DNA of 64,000 nt from a virus (lineage: Duplodnaviria; Caudoviricetes), in IMG/VR virus record IMGVR_UViG_3300047476_000928, positions 1,915 through 65,914 of that record, one strand, 5' to 3'. The notes under the pieces are model-generated. The model saw nothing but the letters and a program-made list of their open reading frames with translations. It was not told the origin of the DNA and did not search any database. Position 1 is the stretch's first letter. Every line of letters starts with the position of its first letter. Both the position numbers and the translations under genes were made by a program. Below are positions 21,037 through 29,879 of this stretch, piece after piece.

Positions 21037-21391
21037 TTAATTTGTAGTTCTTTTTCCCCATCGTTTCGTCAGGGTAAATTGATATGCCTTTGCAGAATTT
21101 CTTCGAGTCATCAACTATGTAATGATTCTTCTTCATAGTATCCTCTGCAATCTTAATCATAGGTATCGTATTGCTTGCATCTAAGCGACTATTGAAGTAC
21201 AATGTAATCATATACTTGTCTATCTTTTTTGTGCGCTTAGGGAGCAGTTTAAGAAACAGGTTAGTCCAAAACTCTTTCTCTTTGATTCGGTATGAGAAGT
21301 GGCGATTGGCGTACCATTTATTAAGGGACAGGTCAACCCCGTCCCATTCTAATTCTATCCTTGCAATTTCGTTTGTTTCAATAGGTTCCAT
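20981..21391 (-). CDS. RusA-like Holliday junction resolvase
   Basis: SLNKWY, LDASN....K..ED, IVDDS motifs. Confidence 0.7.
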   Translation of the reverse strand: MEPIETNEIARIELEWDGVDLSLNKWYANRHFSYRIKEKEFWTNLFLKLLPKRTKKIDKYMITLYFNSRLDASNTIPMIKIAEDTMKKNHYIVDDSKKFCKGISIYPDETMGKKNYKLIVHIISYATKETKAYRSK

Positions 21392-21617
21392 TAACAGCTA
21401 ATAGGTTAGGGTTAGTTTCAATCGCTTTGATAAAATCTTCAATCATGTTCCTAGTGTACCTGATTGGCTTTGTATTGCAATATTCAATCAATCCCCTATT
21501 CCTTAAATTTCTAAGGTGTCGCTTGCTAATACCGAGCATTGTTGCTAGCTCAGTATCAGTGTACAACACCTTATCTAATGTTAGATGAATCATATTATCT
21601 AAACTTTTTCTTATCAA
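21378..21617 (-). CDS. Excisionase-like HTH DNA-binding protein
   Basis: YT..ELA.MLGISKR.L.N.R..GLI..IRY. Confidence 0.7.
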   Translation of the reverse strand: MIRKSLDNMIHLTLDKVLYTDTELATMLGISKRHLRNLRNRGLIEYCNTKPIRYTRNMIEDFIKAIETNPNLLAVNGTY

Positions 21618-21822
21618 TAGTTACCGTTACATCAAGCGATATAGGGTATCCGTTACTAGCGAGATTTACAACAATCTTGTTTAACAGGTTAAATCCAATA
21701 GTCCGTGTTCCCGATTCCAATCCTGAAATCTGCTGAACAGAATTAACGCCTGCGCGTCTTGCGAATTGAGCCTGTGTCATACCAAGCTCTGTTCTAATTC
21801 TTTTTACTAAGTCTTTTTTCAT
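21595..21822 (-). CDS. XRE/Cro-family HTH regulator
   Basis: IRTELGMTQAQFARRAG..ISGLESG. Confidence 0.8.
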   Translation of the reverse strand: MKKDLVKRIRTELGMTQAQFARRAGVNSVQQISGLESGTRTIGFNLLNKIVVNLASNGYPISLDVTVTIDKKKFR

Positions 21823-21971
21823 TCTCTTTCTCTTGTTGAAATTTTAGCTTTGCTTTAGCTATTTTTTCCTTGTGATAGTTTTCTAAAAATAAATGCGCAT
21901 TATAGAATGCTTGATTAAATTGTGTTTCCATTTTGTTTAGGTTTATAAGGGGGAAATTAATCCCCCTCACA

Positions 21972-22442
21972 TTATTTAATTGTAGCTCTTACCGTGGTAG
22001 AACTTGTACGAACAGGCGGGAAGTATTCCACTAACTCTCCTGTCTCTTCATCTAGCATAGTAGCCTTTTCTTTAAGACCCTTTGCAAAAGCCTCAATAGT
22101 TTTCAGCTTTTCATTCTCTCGCTCTACGATAGCCTTTTGCTTAGCCCATGCAGGAGATGCAGAATAGTCTGCCTTCGAGCCCGACTCAACAACTTTAAGG
22201 TCAACGCTGTTTACTTGCGATTCCTTTCTATCGTAATTACTTAATTCGTTGATAGCATGAGGTATTAAACCCTTCTCCATCTCTTGCAATATGAATATGA
22301 ACTTTCTGCAAAGCGCTAAATCATTTAGCACGTCGCCGCCATTGAACGCTATATCCTCCAAATAGGAGCTGACCATTGAGGTCATTTGCTCCTTATTAGA
22401 GTGTACGATTTGGCTTTTCTTTAATTCGGCTAGTTCGTTCAT
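21972..22442 (-). CDS. Conserved hypothetical protein (recombination cluster)
   Basis: Start reassigned to MNELAELKK at 22442; DEETGE motif. Confidence 0.55.
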   Translation of the reverse strand: MNELAELKKSQIVHSNKEQMTSMVSSYLEDIAFNGGDVLNDLALCRKFIFILQEMEKGLIPHAINELSNYDRKESQVNSVDLKVVESGSKADYSASPAWAKQKAIVERENEKLKTIEAFAKGLKEKATMLDEETGELVEYFPPVRTSSTTVRATIK

Positions 22443-22443
22443 A

Positions 22444-23145
22444 TTACCAAGGTAAGTCATCAGTTGCCTCATTACTAAACTCTGCAAATTTAGGAGCAGG
22501 TACTTCTTCTGCATGTACTGCAACAGCAGTCTGCTCAGTAGGAGCTTGTGCTCTTTTCTTGAAATACTCAAGCAACTCATCGTCAAGCGCATCTGCCTTA
22601 GCTGATTCCTTTGCATCAATTGGCGCACCCAATGTAAACACTGGTACAGAATACTTAACAGAGCCTTTCTTTAAATCAAGTGCTGAGTTTACATCAATGT
22701 AATTGCCTAAGAATTTATTGCGATTCTCTTTTGAGAAATCGGACCAGTGCTGTAATATTGCACCCCCGATTGAGATGTTGACTAATTCTCCGTCAATCAT
22801 TCCGTACATGCTCATATTGTACTTGCCACCAATCTCTTTGAGTTTAAGTTTGATGTCAGCATACAAGCCCTTAATCAATTCGCCACCTTTAAATGAGCGA
22901 ACTACCAATGGTTCATTCTTAACCGATGTTACTTCATTAGAATAGATTGACGATTGGGAAGCATCGTGGAATCCTTTGATTGAAGCAAAATCGCGGAAAT
23001 GAATGATTCTAACAGGTAACTTCAATGGAACATTTACCTTTTTCTCTCTGTCATAATAAGAGAAACATTTGTCGTTAGACGACCAAGTAACATACTTTGT
23101 TACTGGAGATTTGACAGCTTCGCTGTAAGCTTCTGCTCTTGCCAT
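22444..23145 (-). CDS. Probable single-stranded DNA-binding protein
   Basis: Beta-rich core with acidic-aromatic tail ...TDDLPW. Confidence 0.6.
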   Translation of the reverse strand: MARAEAYSEAVKSPVTKYVTWSSNDKCFSYYDREKKVNVPLKLPVRIIHFRDFASIKGFHDASQSSIYSNEVTSVKNEPLVVRSFKGGELIKGLYADIKLKLKEIGGKYNMSMYGMIDGELVNISIGGAILQHWSDFSKENRNKFLGNYIDVNSALDLKKGSVKYSVPVFTLGAPIDAKESAKADALDDELLEYFKKRAQAPTEQTAVAVHAEEVPAPKFAEFSNEATDDLPW

Positions 23146-23181
23146 AATTGTATTTGTTTGGTTATTTGTTTAATTACTTAG

Positions 23182-23189
23182 CAAAGGTA
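23182..23189 (-). promoter_or_regulatory. -7 box TACCTTTG for the SSB operon
   Basis: Matches TAnnTTTG with an upstream TTG. Confidence 0.6.
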
Positions 23190-23243
23190 ATACATTGTAT
23201 TTAGAAAAGCAATATGTTTATATAAATATTTTCAAAATATTTT

Positions 23244-23264
23244 AAAAAGTGCGTTTAGAGCAAA
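23244..23264. repeat. 21-bp dispersed repeat copy 1 (AAAAAGTGCGTTTAGAGCAAA)
   Basis: Identical to 40408-40428. Confidence 0.85.
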
Positions 23265-23352
23265 CTGATAGGGGGAAAGTATGGGGGTTATGCTCTTAAA
23301 GAAAAATACCCCGCATAGCAGGGTACTTTTAGCAATCGTCCATAAACAAAGT

Positions 23353-23757
23353 TTATCTGTGCCAATTATATTTCTTTCTTATAATTGGTTCCTCATCGGT
23401 ATAGGTTTCGTTTGGTTTCGGCAATGTTGTATATACAACTCCTGTGCCATTTGTTGTAGTGGTAGTAGTTCCTGACTTTTTAGGTACCCATGTAAGGATG
23501 TGCTTTTCTTTCATCATCTTATGAGCATTCAAATATTCTTCCATTGCAAGTATATCTTTTTTCAATCGCTTTAAATATACAGCCATATCTAATGCCTCTT
23601 CGTAAGCGTGCTGTACCCAATCAGAAGCGACTAAGTCTTCCCTATCCATTGTTGTTCCGTACTTCTTTAGCCCTAGTTCGGCTCTACTTGCTATATCTTT
23701 TATAACATCAAAAACAATGCTATCTGTAAATGTTGTTGTTTCCTTATTTGATTCCAT
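23353..23757 (-). CDS. MazG-like/all-alpha NTP pyrophosphohydrolase-like protein
   Basis: RAELGLKKYGTT...W.QHA.EEALD..VYL (EExxD). Confidence 0.5.
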   Translation of the reverse strand: MESNKETTTFTDSIVFDVIKDIASRAELGLKKYGTTMDREDLVASDWVQHAYEEALDMAVYLKRLKKDILAMEEYLNAHKMMKEKHILTWVPKKSGTTTTTTNGTGVVYTTLPKPNETYTDEEPIIRKKYNWHR

Positions 23758-24268
23758 GATATACCTTATATTCGATTAGTTTATTGTAAGCTATTTCTTC
23801 GGAGCTAAATGCCCCAATCATTTTTTTTGAAGTTCCATTTTGTATTTGAGCAATCCATTTTCCTGCAGTTTTGCAAAAATGAATATTACTATATTTACTT
23901 GTTTTGCATTTAAGTAGGCTTCTATGTATAGTATTTTCCCTATGCGTATTCCATTCTAGATTGCTTACTAAGTTATTTGCTTTGTTACCATCTATATGAT
24001 TTACTGTCTTCTTGTTTAATGGATTACCTATAAATGATTCCGCAACAATTCGATGTACTTTATGAATTTTTCGAGTTCTATTTATAGTTAAAGTAACTGT
24101 AACATATCCATCTTTATCAAAAGAACCAGTTAAAATCTTTTCGTTTAAGATTTTTTTACCGCCTTTAGGGTGTAAGGTTTCTCTATTTAATGACTTTATT
24201 TCCCCTGCAGAGCTAACTTCGTATAGCCCTTCGTATCCTTTTATTGGAACCCACTTCATGCTATTCAA
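23744..24268 (-). CDS. NUMOD4-HNH-AP2 homing endonuclease
   Basis: W.PIKGYEGLYEVS..G, HRIVA, VNHIDGNK.NN...NLEW, AP2-like W.AQI..G.F. Confidence 0.9.
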   Translation of the reverse strand: MNSMKWVPIKGYEGLYEVSSAGEIKSLNRETLHPKGGKKILNEKILTGSFDKDGYVTVTLTINRTRKIHKVHRIVAESFIGNPLNKKTVNHIDGNKANNLVSNLEWNTHRENTIHRSLLKCKTSKYSNIHFCKTAGKWIAQIQNGTSKKMIGAFSSEEIAYNKLIEYKVYHGIK

Positions 24269-24614
24269 TATTATAATCCTTCAATATATCTGATATTTTA
24301 GTTGCGCATTCAATTTTCTTATCTTCTTCGATTAGCTCTAATTTAAGTGCTACTTCGAACAAGTAGTCTGCATGGATAGACGCATTAACGAATTGGTCTA
24401 ATATAAGGCTAGTATCTCCTGAGGATTCAGCTTTCATTAAAACATCCACTTGCTTTTCTAGCTCGCCTACAAGCTGATTAGTTAAGGATTTTATCTTTTG
24501 GTAGTTAAACTTTGATGCTACCACCTTTTCATCAATAAAATCTCTTAATGATTGGCAGTGAGCGTAATAGCGAAGCATGTCGCGAATCTCTTGGTCGGTT
24601 AATGGTCTTTTCAT
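24261..24614 (-). CDS. Hypothetical protein
   Basis: ORF tightly packed in the leftward operon. Confidence 0.6.
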   Translation of the reverse strand: MKRPLTDQEIRDMLRYYAHCQSLRDFIDEKVVASKFNYQKIKSLTNQLVGELEKQVDVLMKAESSGDTSLILDQFVNASIHADYLFEVALKLELIEEDKKIECATKISDILKDYNIE

Positions 24615-24626
24615 CTGTTTGGTTGG

Positions 24627-24878
24627 TTAAAAAAAATCTGCATACATAAGCACTGGTGCGTTCTCTACATAAGGCAAACTGCGCACTACATTGTATTCAA
24701 AGTGGTCAATTGCATCATCAAGCTCCATACCTTCATCAATTAGAACCTGAATCATATCGCCTACACAATACACTAATTTAAAATCAGTTGTCATCCCAAT
24801 TACTGCTTCATCAAAGCCATCTGCTTTAACAAACTCCATGTCAGGGTAATTGTCTAGTATTTCTTGTAGTTTGCTCAT
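24627..24878 (-). CDS. Conserved phage hypothetical protein
   Basis: ADGFDEAVIG..Y....A..HF.YN pattern. Confidence 0.65.
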   Translation of the reverse strand: MSKLQEILDNYPDMEFVKADGFDEAVIGMTTDFKLVYCVGDMIQVLIDEGMELDDAIDHFEYNVVRSLPYVENAPVLMYADFF

Positions 24879-24952
24879 TCTGCTTGGTTTAAAAATTGCC
24901 CGTCTTTCCGGGCTGTCATTAATTCTCCAATGCCCTAATTCTTAGGACAGAA

Positions 24953-24960
24953 CAAAGGTA
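24953..24960 (-). promoter_or_regulatory. -7 box TACCTTTG
   Basis: Consensus match in an intergenic gap. Confidence 0.55.
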
Positions 24961-24966
24961 TGTAAA

Positions 24967-25221
24967 CTAAATGATTTTGTCAACAATTGGTTTACAATTT
25001 TCTATAAATATTTTAAACTCTCGTAGTCTAGCATAAGCTGCTTGGCGCTCTCTGCCTCCTCCGTGGGCTATTCGGTCAATATTTACATCAACAAACTGCA
25101 AGTCATTGGTAATTATCTCTCCGACTTTAATGCGCAATTCTTTTGGCTCGGTATTATCTTCTAGGTACTTCTTGCCCCATTCGATCGCCATAGCATAATA
25201 TTTTTCGCTATCGTTGCTCAT
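24967..25221 (-). CDS. Hypothetical protein
   Basis: Operon packing. Confidence 0.55.
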   Translation of the reverse strand: MSNDSEKYYAMAIEWGKKYLEDNTEPKELRIKVGEIITNDLQFVDVNIDRIAHGGGRERQAAYARLREFKIFIENCKPIVDKII

Positions 25222-25450
25222 CTTTTTCTGCGTTAAATTTATCTAACAGCTTATTAAACTGAGCTACATTTATTTTAACCCAGTTCTTGCGAAGCAGGTA
25301 TGCTTCAATGCGGTCTTCTGCTGAACCTAGCAACCAACGGCGCTTGCCTTTATTAGTATAGTAATCTTGGTTAAGCTCATTGTAATCAATTTCTACAATC
25401 TCCGTTGATTCGGGGTTGCGGTAGTATTTAAGTGAGATTTTCTTTTTCAT
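25208..25450 (-). CDS. Hypothetical protein
   Basis: Operon packing. Confidence 0.55.
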   Translation of the reverse strand: MKKKISLKYYRNPESTEIVEIDYNELNQDYYTNKGKRRWLLGSAEDRIEAYLLRKNWVKINVAQFNKLLDKFNAEKDEQR

Positions 25451-25644
25451 TTTCTTGTTAAACTATCATTATCTAATTCTTCCATTAATTCCATCCAAAA
25501 CATGTTATCATATAGTCTACTATAATTGATAACTCTGTCTACGGCAAACATTGCCATCTCAATTGCATCTGCTTTGTTAAGGTTGTATGATTGCTCTAAT
25601 TCCTTAATCATGCTGACCTTCATTTCTTTTGGTGTCATGCTCAT
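25447..25644 (-). CDS. Hypothetical protein
   Basis: Start reassigned to MSMTPKE (ATGA overlap). Confidence 0.5.
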   Translation of the reverse strand: MSMTPKEMKVSMIKELEQSYNLNKADAIEMAMFAVDRVINYSRLYDNMFWMELMEELDNDSLTRK

Positions 25645-25775
25645 AACTTTATCCTGATTGAAAATATTATCCACGACAAAGTGATTGACGTAGGTAATGT
25701 TGTGAAGCCCACGCGTACTCTCACGCTAGGTAATACTTCGATGAATCGTCTTGTGACGTAAAATTGTGCTTTCAT
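25641..25775 (-). CDS. Small hydrophobic hypothetical protein (44 aa)
   Basis: Translated by hand, MKAQFYVTRR...SWIIFSIRIKL; ATGA overlaps at both ends. Confidence 0.5.
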   Translation of the reverse strand: MKAQFYVTRRFIEVLPSVRVRVGFTTLPTSITLSWIIFSIRIKL

Positions 25776-26056
25776 AACTCTGTTGCTAATGGGTTTCTAT
25801 TAAATTTTCTAATCTCTCGTGCTCTTTGGTTTTTTCTTCTTTCGATTTCGGTAGCATCATATATCTTAAACCAGTTGTTGGTTAGTAGCCTTAATGATAA
25901 CTTACTCTTGCAATCGCAGACAAATGCCATTTGAAACATAATACCTCGTTCATCAAACTGCTCTATCAGATTGGTATCCGAGTAGTCTTTGTTGCACACG
26001 GGGCAATTCAAATGATTCCGTGTTATTAAAGGTTTTCTATTTGCCATAAGTTTCAT
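25772..26056 (-). CDS. Zn-ribbon protein
   Basis: CPVC...CDC. Confidence 0.55.
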   Translation of the reverse strand: MKLMANRKPLITRNHLNCPVCNKDYSDTNLIEQFDERGIMFQMAFVCDCKSKLSLRLLTNNWFKIYDATEIERRKNQRAREIRKFNRNPLATEL

Positions 26057-26249
26057 TATAATATTGTTCTGCAAATTCATCATTCCCTAATCCATTATCA
26101 TTAATTTTAAAGGCTTCCATTATCTGCTCTTTCTCCATTTGTTTGGCTTGTTCGAATAAATCTCGATATGGTGTACCTCTCCATCTAATATCTTGGTTTT
26201 GTCTTATCTTATCAAATAACCATTCTACTGCCGTTTGTTTAGTTTCCAT
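26037..26249 (-). CDS. KQTAVEWL-family small protein
   Basis: KQTAVEWL..EQAK.MEKEQI..A..AEQYYNETY, typical of freshwater Bacteroidota phages. Confidence 0.7.
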   Translation of the reverse strand: METKQTAVEWLFDKIRQNQDIRWRGTPYRDLFEQAKQMEKEQIMEAFKINDNGLGNDEFAEQYYNETYGK

Positions 26250-26430
26250 TGTCTGCCCATTTTTTAAGTTCGTCTACTGTTTTAATTAATTCTTCTATAC
26301 TCTTTTGCCTTTCTTTATTTTGCCTTTCAGATAGCAAGCCACTACAATTAAGCAAAAATTCATTCCACCTTTCTTCTTGAGTATATTGATTGGCTTTCTG
26401 CTTGCGAATAAGTTTTTTAAGTATGCCCAT
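26239..26430 (-). CDS. Hypothetical protein
   Basis: Operon packing. Confidence 0.5.
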   Translation of the reverse strand: MGILKKLIRKQKANQYTQEERWNEFLLNCSGLLSERQNKERQKSIEELIKTVDELKKWADNGN

Positions 26431-26434
26431 TGTT

Positions 26435-26617
26435 TTATCGTTTAAATAAAGCTGGTTGTTTTTCTTCTGGGAAATGTCTATAACCTTTTAAGTCATAGGT
26501 AATGTATTGACCATTTCTAAATTCAACTATTATATGGTTTTCTAAATAATCTATTACTCCATTACCATATCTTTCGTCATAAACTCTATCACCTCTTCTA
26601 AATGTTATATCAGCCAT
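26435..26617 (-). CDS. Small SH3-like protein
   Basis: F..GDRV....YG.G.I....I.V.F. Confidence 0.55.
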   Translation of the reverse strand: MADITFRRGDRVYDERYGNGVIDYLENHIIVEFRNGQYITYDLKGYRHFPEEKQPALFKR

Positions 26618-26628
26618 TGTCTTGTTGT

Positions 26629-26886
26629 TTAGAAAATTTTTTTTATATGTTGAAATATTGACTGAGGTCTTTCCCAGTTTTTATACGCATCCTCTACCGC
26701 CTCTTCAAAATATTTTTTGAAGTAAGGAACTGCTGTGGGATAATCTTTGAAGAAATTTGCTAATCCAATATAATCTTGTAGATGATATAGTTCTCCCTGC
26801 GAATTACTATTAAATATTCTTTCTTGGTACTCTTCAATATCAAGAATTTTTAACGCTTCCTTAAATGTCATTTGTTTATTTTCCAT
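26629..26886 (-). CDS. Hypothetical protein
   Basis: Operon packing. Confidence 0.55.
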   Translation of the reverse strand: MENKQMTFKEALKILDIEEYQERIFNSNSQGELYHLQDYIGLANFFKDYPTAVPYFKKYFEEAVEDAYKNWERPQSIFQHIKKIF

Positions 26887-27046
26887 TGTACTTTAAGTTT
26901 GGTAAATACTGCGGGTTAAAAACGCCAGTATGTGGTTGATGATTGATTGAATACGATGCCGTTAGCTTCTCTACACTTACGGGCTTTGGCGGTTCTGCTA
27001 CCTCGCAGGATGCGCACAACATTGTTAATGCTAATATTCTATTCAT
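26876..27046 (-). CDS. Small putative lipoprotein (56 aa)
   Basis: Translated by hand: MNRILALTMLCASC, lipobox-like; not in the ORF track. Confidence 0.5.
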   Translation of the reverse strand: MNRILALTMLCASCEVAEPPKPVSVEKLTASYSINHQPHTGVFNPQYLPNLKYNGK

Positions 27047-27293
27047 ATAAATACTTTTCTATTCCGTCTAATAAACCTTTAAATGTCTTTGCATAAACTC
27101 GTGAGAACTTAAATGGCTTATGCTTATCATACCATTCTTGTTCCATTTCTCGCATCTCTACCACGCAATAGTGGCTTTTAGAGCTAGCTTTCATAATTAA
27201 TACATTAAGAGAGCCATCAATGTTCTTGCAAGGAATACCTTTCTCCCGAAGGTACTTCTTTACTCTGTTGGATGTAATTGCTCTATGAGTCAT
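27039..27293 (-). CDS. Hypothetical protein
   Basis: Operon packing. Confidence 0.5.
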   Translation of the reverse strand: MTHRAITSNRVKKYLREKGIPCKNIDGSLNVLIMKASSKSHYCVVEMREMEQEWYDKHKPFKFSRVYAKTFKGLLDGIEKYLYE

Positions 27294-27564
27294 CGCTATC
27301 TCGTGTTAAAAAGAATACATCAATAACAGCTCCAATTGGAACTACATTTTCTGTTCTCTTGTCGGTAAATAATCCTAAATACCCTTCGCTACTCTGCATT
27401 AAATTGTAGTTTCGATTAAGATATCCTACAAACTCGCTAATCATTAGCTTGTTACTAGCAAACTGGTTAATGGTGTACTGACCGCCATCTTCCACTCCTC
27501 GGTCGTATGCTTCTTTAAGCAAATCTTTGACCTCGTGATTCAAATCATCTAATCTGTCTTCCAT
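27283..27564 (-). CDS. Hypothetical protein
   Basis: Operon packing. Confidence 0.55.
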   Translation of the reverse strand: MEDRLDDLNHEVKDLLKEAYDRGVEDGGQYTINQFASNKLMISEFVGYLNRNYNLMQSSEGYLGLFTDKRTENVVPIGAVIDVFFLTRDSDDS

Positions 27565-27574
27565 ATTTGTTTAG

Positions 27575-28336
27575 TTATTTTTTAAAAAGCAATGCAATTA
27601 CATCCATGTAATCCTTACATTCAATTACTTGGAATTTCTCATTCTCTTCATGTATCCATACCAAATACAATCTTCCAATCTTCAAATTAGTATTCTTCTC
27701 AATGATGTACTTGTATAAATTTAGCTGTAACGAATAAGCTTCATATTCGCATTCTTGGATAAAATTGATAGGCGCTTTAAATCGCTTACCAAACTCAGAC
27801 TTCATCCGTATCTTTCCATTTGTCTTGTAATCCCAAATTTGCAGTTCCCCCATTTTTTCATTCCACATCAGCTTATCAACCATACCGCCGATACCCATTT
27901 CTGCATCTCCAATCACTAGCTCCATTGCAATAGGAACCAACGATTTAGAAGCCTCGTTATAGAACTCAATAAACATTCTAATACATTCATCCAAGCGCTC
28001 CTTTATTACATCTTCGCCAAACTTATTAACGGCAATAGATTCATCGTATGGAAATACCTTGTTAGCCCAATAGTTCTCTGCAAAGGCGTGTAGTAGTGTA
28101 CCTTTGATTGATGCAAAATCACGCTTATAATCCCATTCCGCTAGCAATACCTCTGGCTCAACGCCTTTCTTCTTAGCAGATAGCTTTGCCATTTTCTGCG
28201 CATCAAACTTCTCTTTAAGTGTACCAATAAATGTAGTACCCGATACAAGCTCCTGCTCTCCAATAAAATACTTGTGAGGCTCATCATAATACTTGATGTG
28301 CTTAAACTTGGCTAACTCTTTGTATATCATATTCAT
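27575..28336 (-). CDS. PD-(D/E)xK exonuclease (Cas4/RecB-like)
   Basis: H.Y..SGTT, GT.LH..E, E.V..GGMVD, IWDYKT, Y.LQL..Y. Confidence 0.8.
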   Translation of the reverse strand: MNMIYKELAKFKHIKYYDEPHKYFIGEQELVSGTTFIGTLKEKFDAQKMAKLSAKKKGVEPEVLLAEWDYKRDFASIKGTLLHAFAENYWANKVFPYDESIAVNKFGEDVIKERLDECIRMFIEFYNEASKSLVPIAMELVIGDAEMGIGGMVDKLMWNEKMGELQIWDYKTNGKIRMKSEFGKRFKAPINFIQECEYEAYSLQLNLYKYIIEKNTNLKIGRLYLVWIHEENEKFQVIECKDYMDVIALLFKK

Positions 28337-28439
28337 ATTAGTTTCTCTTTAATAGACATATTGGGCGACCCTTAATCTGCAACCCCTTGCAACAGAGGTC
28401 GCCACAATAGTCTGCTTTGTTTAACCCCTTAAACAAATA

Positions 28440-29879
28440 TTAAAATGGCTGTATTGATACACCTGCATCAAAGTCAACCTTTATCTTATTAATTTGCGAA
28501 TCTTGGTAGGTTATTCCACTCTCAACAAATCGAAATAGCTCTGATTCATCGTCCGCAATTCTATTGGTTTTAACATCAACATATCTTACAATGTCGCCCA
28601 CATTCCCATCTCTGTTTTTAAGTATCGTGTACTTCAATGTATTGTCCATAGGAGCCACTGCTTGACCGCTTGCTTTTGCATCTACATACTTGTAGTAATC
28701 ATCACGATACAATCCAATTACCACAATAGCATCCTGCTCAATGTTACCTGATGAACGCAAGTCAGACAGCTGTGGCACACGGCTAGTACGCTTCTCAATA
28801 TCTCTTGACAGCTGTGATAAGCAGATGATTGGAATACCTAGCTTTCTAGATAACTTCTGCATCTTGTTACTTACAGACGAAACCTGCGCAAAATCGCTTT
28901 GGTCTTTAATCTGAACATCACGGATAAGCTGTAAATAATCTACTACAACCATATCAATCTTGTTCTTTCTGCATTCGCCTGCCAATAGCATTGACAAGTA
29001 ATTAACATCTCTGTTATCTGAATCGTAAAAGAACAAAGGCAACTCTTTTAACATCTTTGCCTTGGACGCTTTAATCTTTTTAACATCCTCCTGCGTAATC
29101 CGATTTGCTTTTAAATCAGAATAGTTGTACTCGCTAATCTCGCTTGAAATGTATCTGTATAACAGCGATTCCTTCGGCATCTCTAATGACAAAAACAAAA
29201 CCCTCTTACCTGATAAACAAGCGTATTTAGCATGCTCTAATCCTGCAATAGTTTTTCCCATTCCGGGTCTAGCTGCAATAATACTAATACCTTCTTGCCA
29301 CCCGCCTAACGCATAGTTTAGCTTTCTAGAACCTGTGTCAATGCCACTGAATTTCAAATTACCTGCGTTGGTTTCCAGTTGGGCAATTACTTTATCGTAC
29401 ACTGACCCAATAGTAGTTACTTCTTCGGATACTGCTTCATCTGAAAGTTTAGCCATGCCATTGTCAAGCGTTTGCATCAAGTCAGATACCTCTGCTCCCG
29501 CAGTTAGCTTTGATTCAACAGCTAATACCATTTCTGATATATTACGCTTTGTTTCTAGCTCTTTTAACTCGGCGCACACCGCAGGTAAGTTAAAGGTACG
29601 CTTTGGTAGCATCGTTAGGATTCTAGTAGCATCAATGCCAAACTCTGATTCCTTTGATTTAAGCCACCGAAAAACATCGTAACGATTGAATGTACCTTTT
29701 TCAGCAGAAAGTGTAACACACGCTAAATATGAAGCTCCTAGTAGGTCTTGCGTAAAAGTATCCTTACTGATAATCTTTTTAGCATCTATAATTGAATGCG
29801 GGTGCTCCAAAATGTAGGCGATAACATCTTCTTCTAGTAGGTTATCCATTAACTCCAATCCTTTTCTTTTCTTTACCAT
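28440..29879 (-). CDS. dnaB: DnaB-like replicative helicase
   Basis: AARPGMGKT Walker A, SLEM, VVDYLQL, LSQLSR, SDLRSSGNIEQDA, KNRDG. Confidence 0.95.
   Translation of the reverse strand: MVKKRKGLELMDNLLEEDVIAYILEHPHSIIDAKKIISKDTFTQDLLGASYLACVTLSAEKGTFNRYDVFRWLKSKESEFGIDATRILTMLPKRTFNLPAVCAELKELETKRNISEMVLAVESKLTAGAEVSDLMQTLDNGMAKLSDEAVSEEVTTIGSVYDKVIAQLETNAGNLKFSGIDTGSRKLNYALGGWQEGISIIAARPGMGKTIAGLEHAKYACLSGKRVLFLSLEMPKESLLYRYISSEISEYNYSDLKANRITQEDVKKIKASKAKMLKELPLFFYDSDNRDVNYLSMLLAGECRKNKIDMVVVDYLQLIRDVQIKDQSDFAQVSSVSNKMQKLSRKLGIPIICLSQLSRDIEKRTSRVPQLSDLRSSGNIEQDAIVVIGLYRDDYYKYVDAKASGQAVAPMDNTLKYTILKNRDGNVGDIVRYVDVKTNRIADDESELFRFVESGITYQDSQINKIKVDFDAGVSIQPF

Noticed and set aside
21378-21822. 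Lysogeny module
   Set aside because: XRE and Xis-like HTH genes are co-oriented within an operon; no integrase or divergent repressor switch in the window
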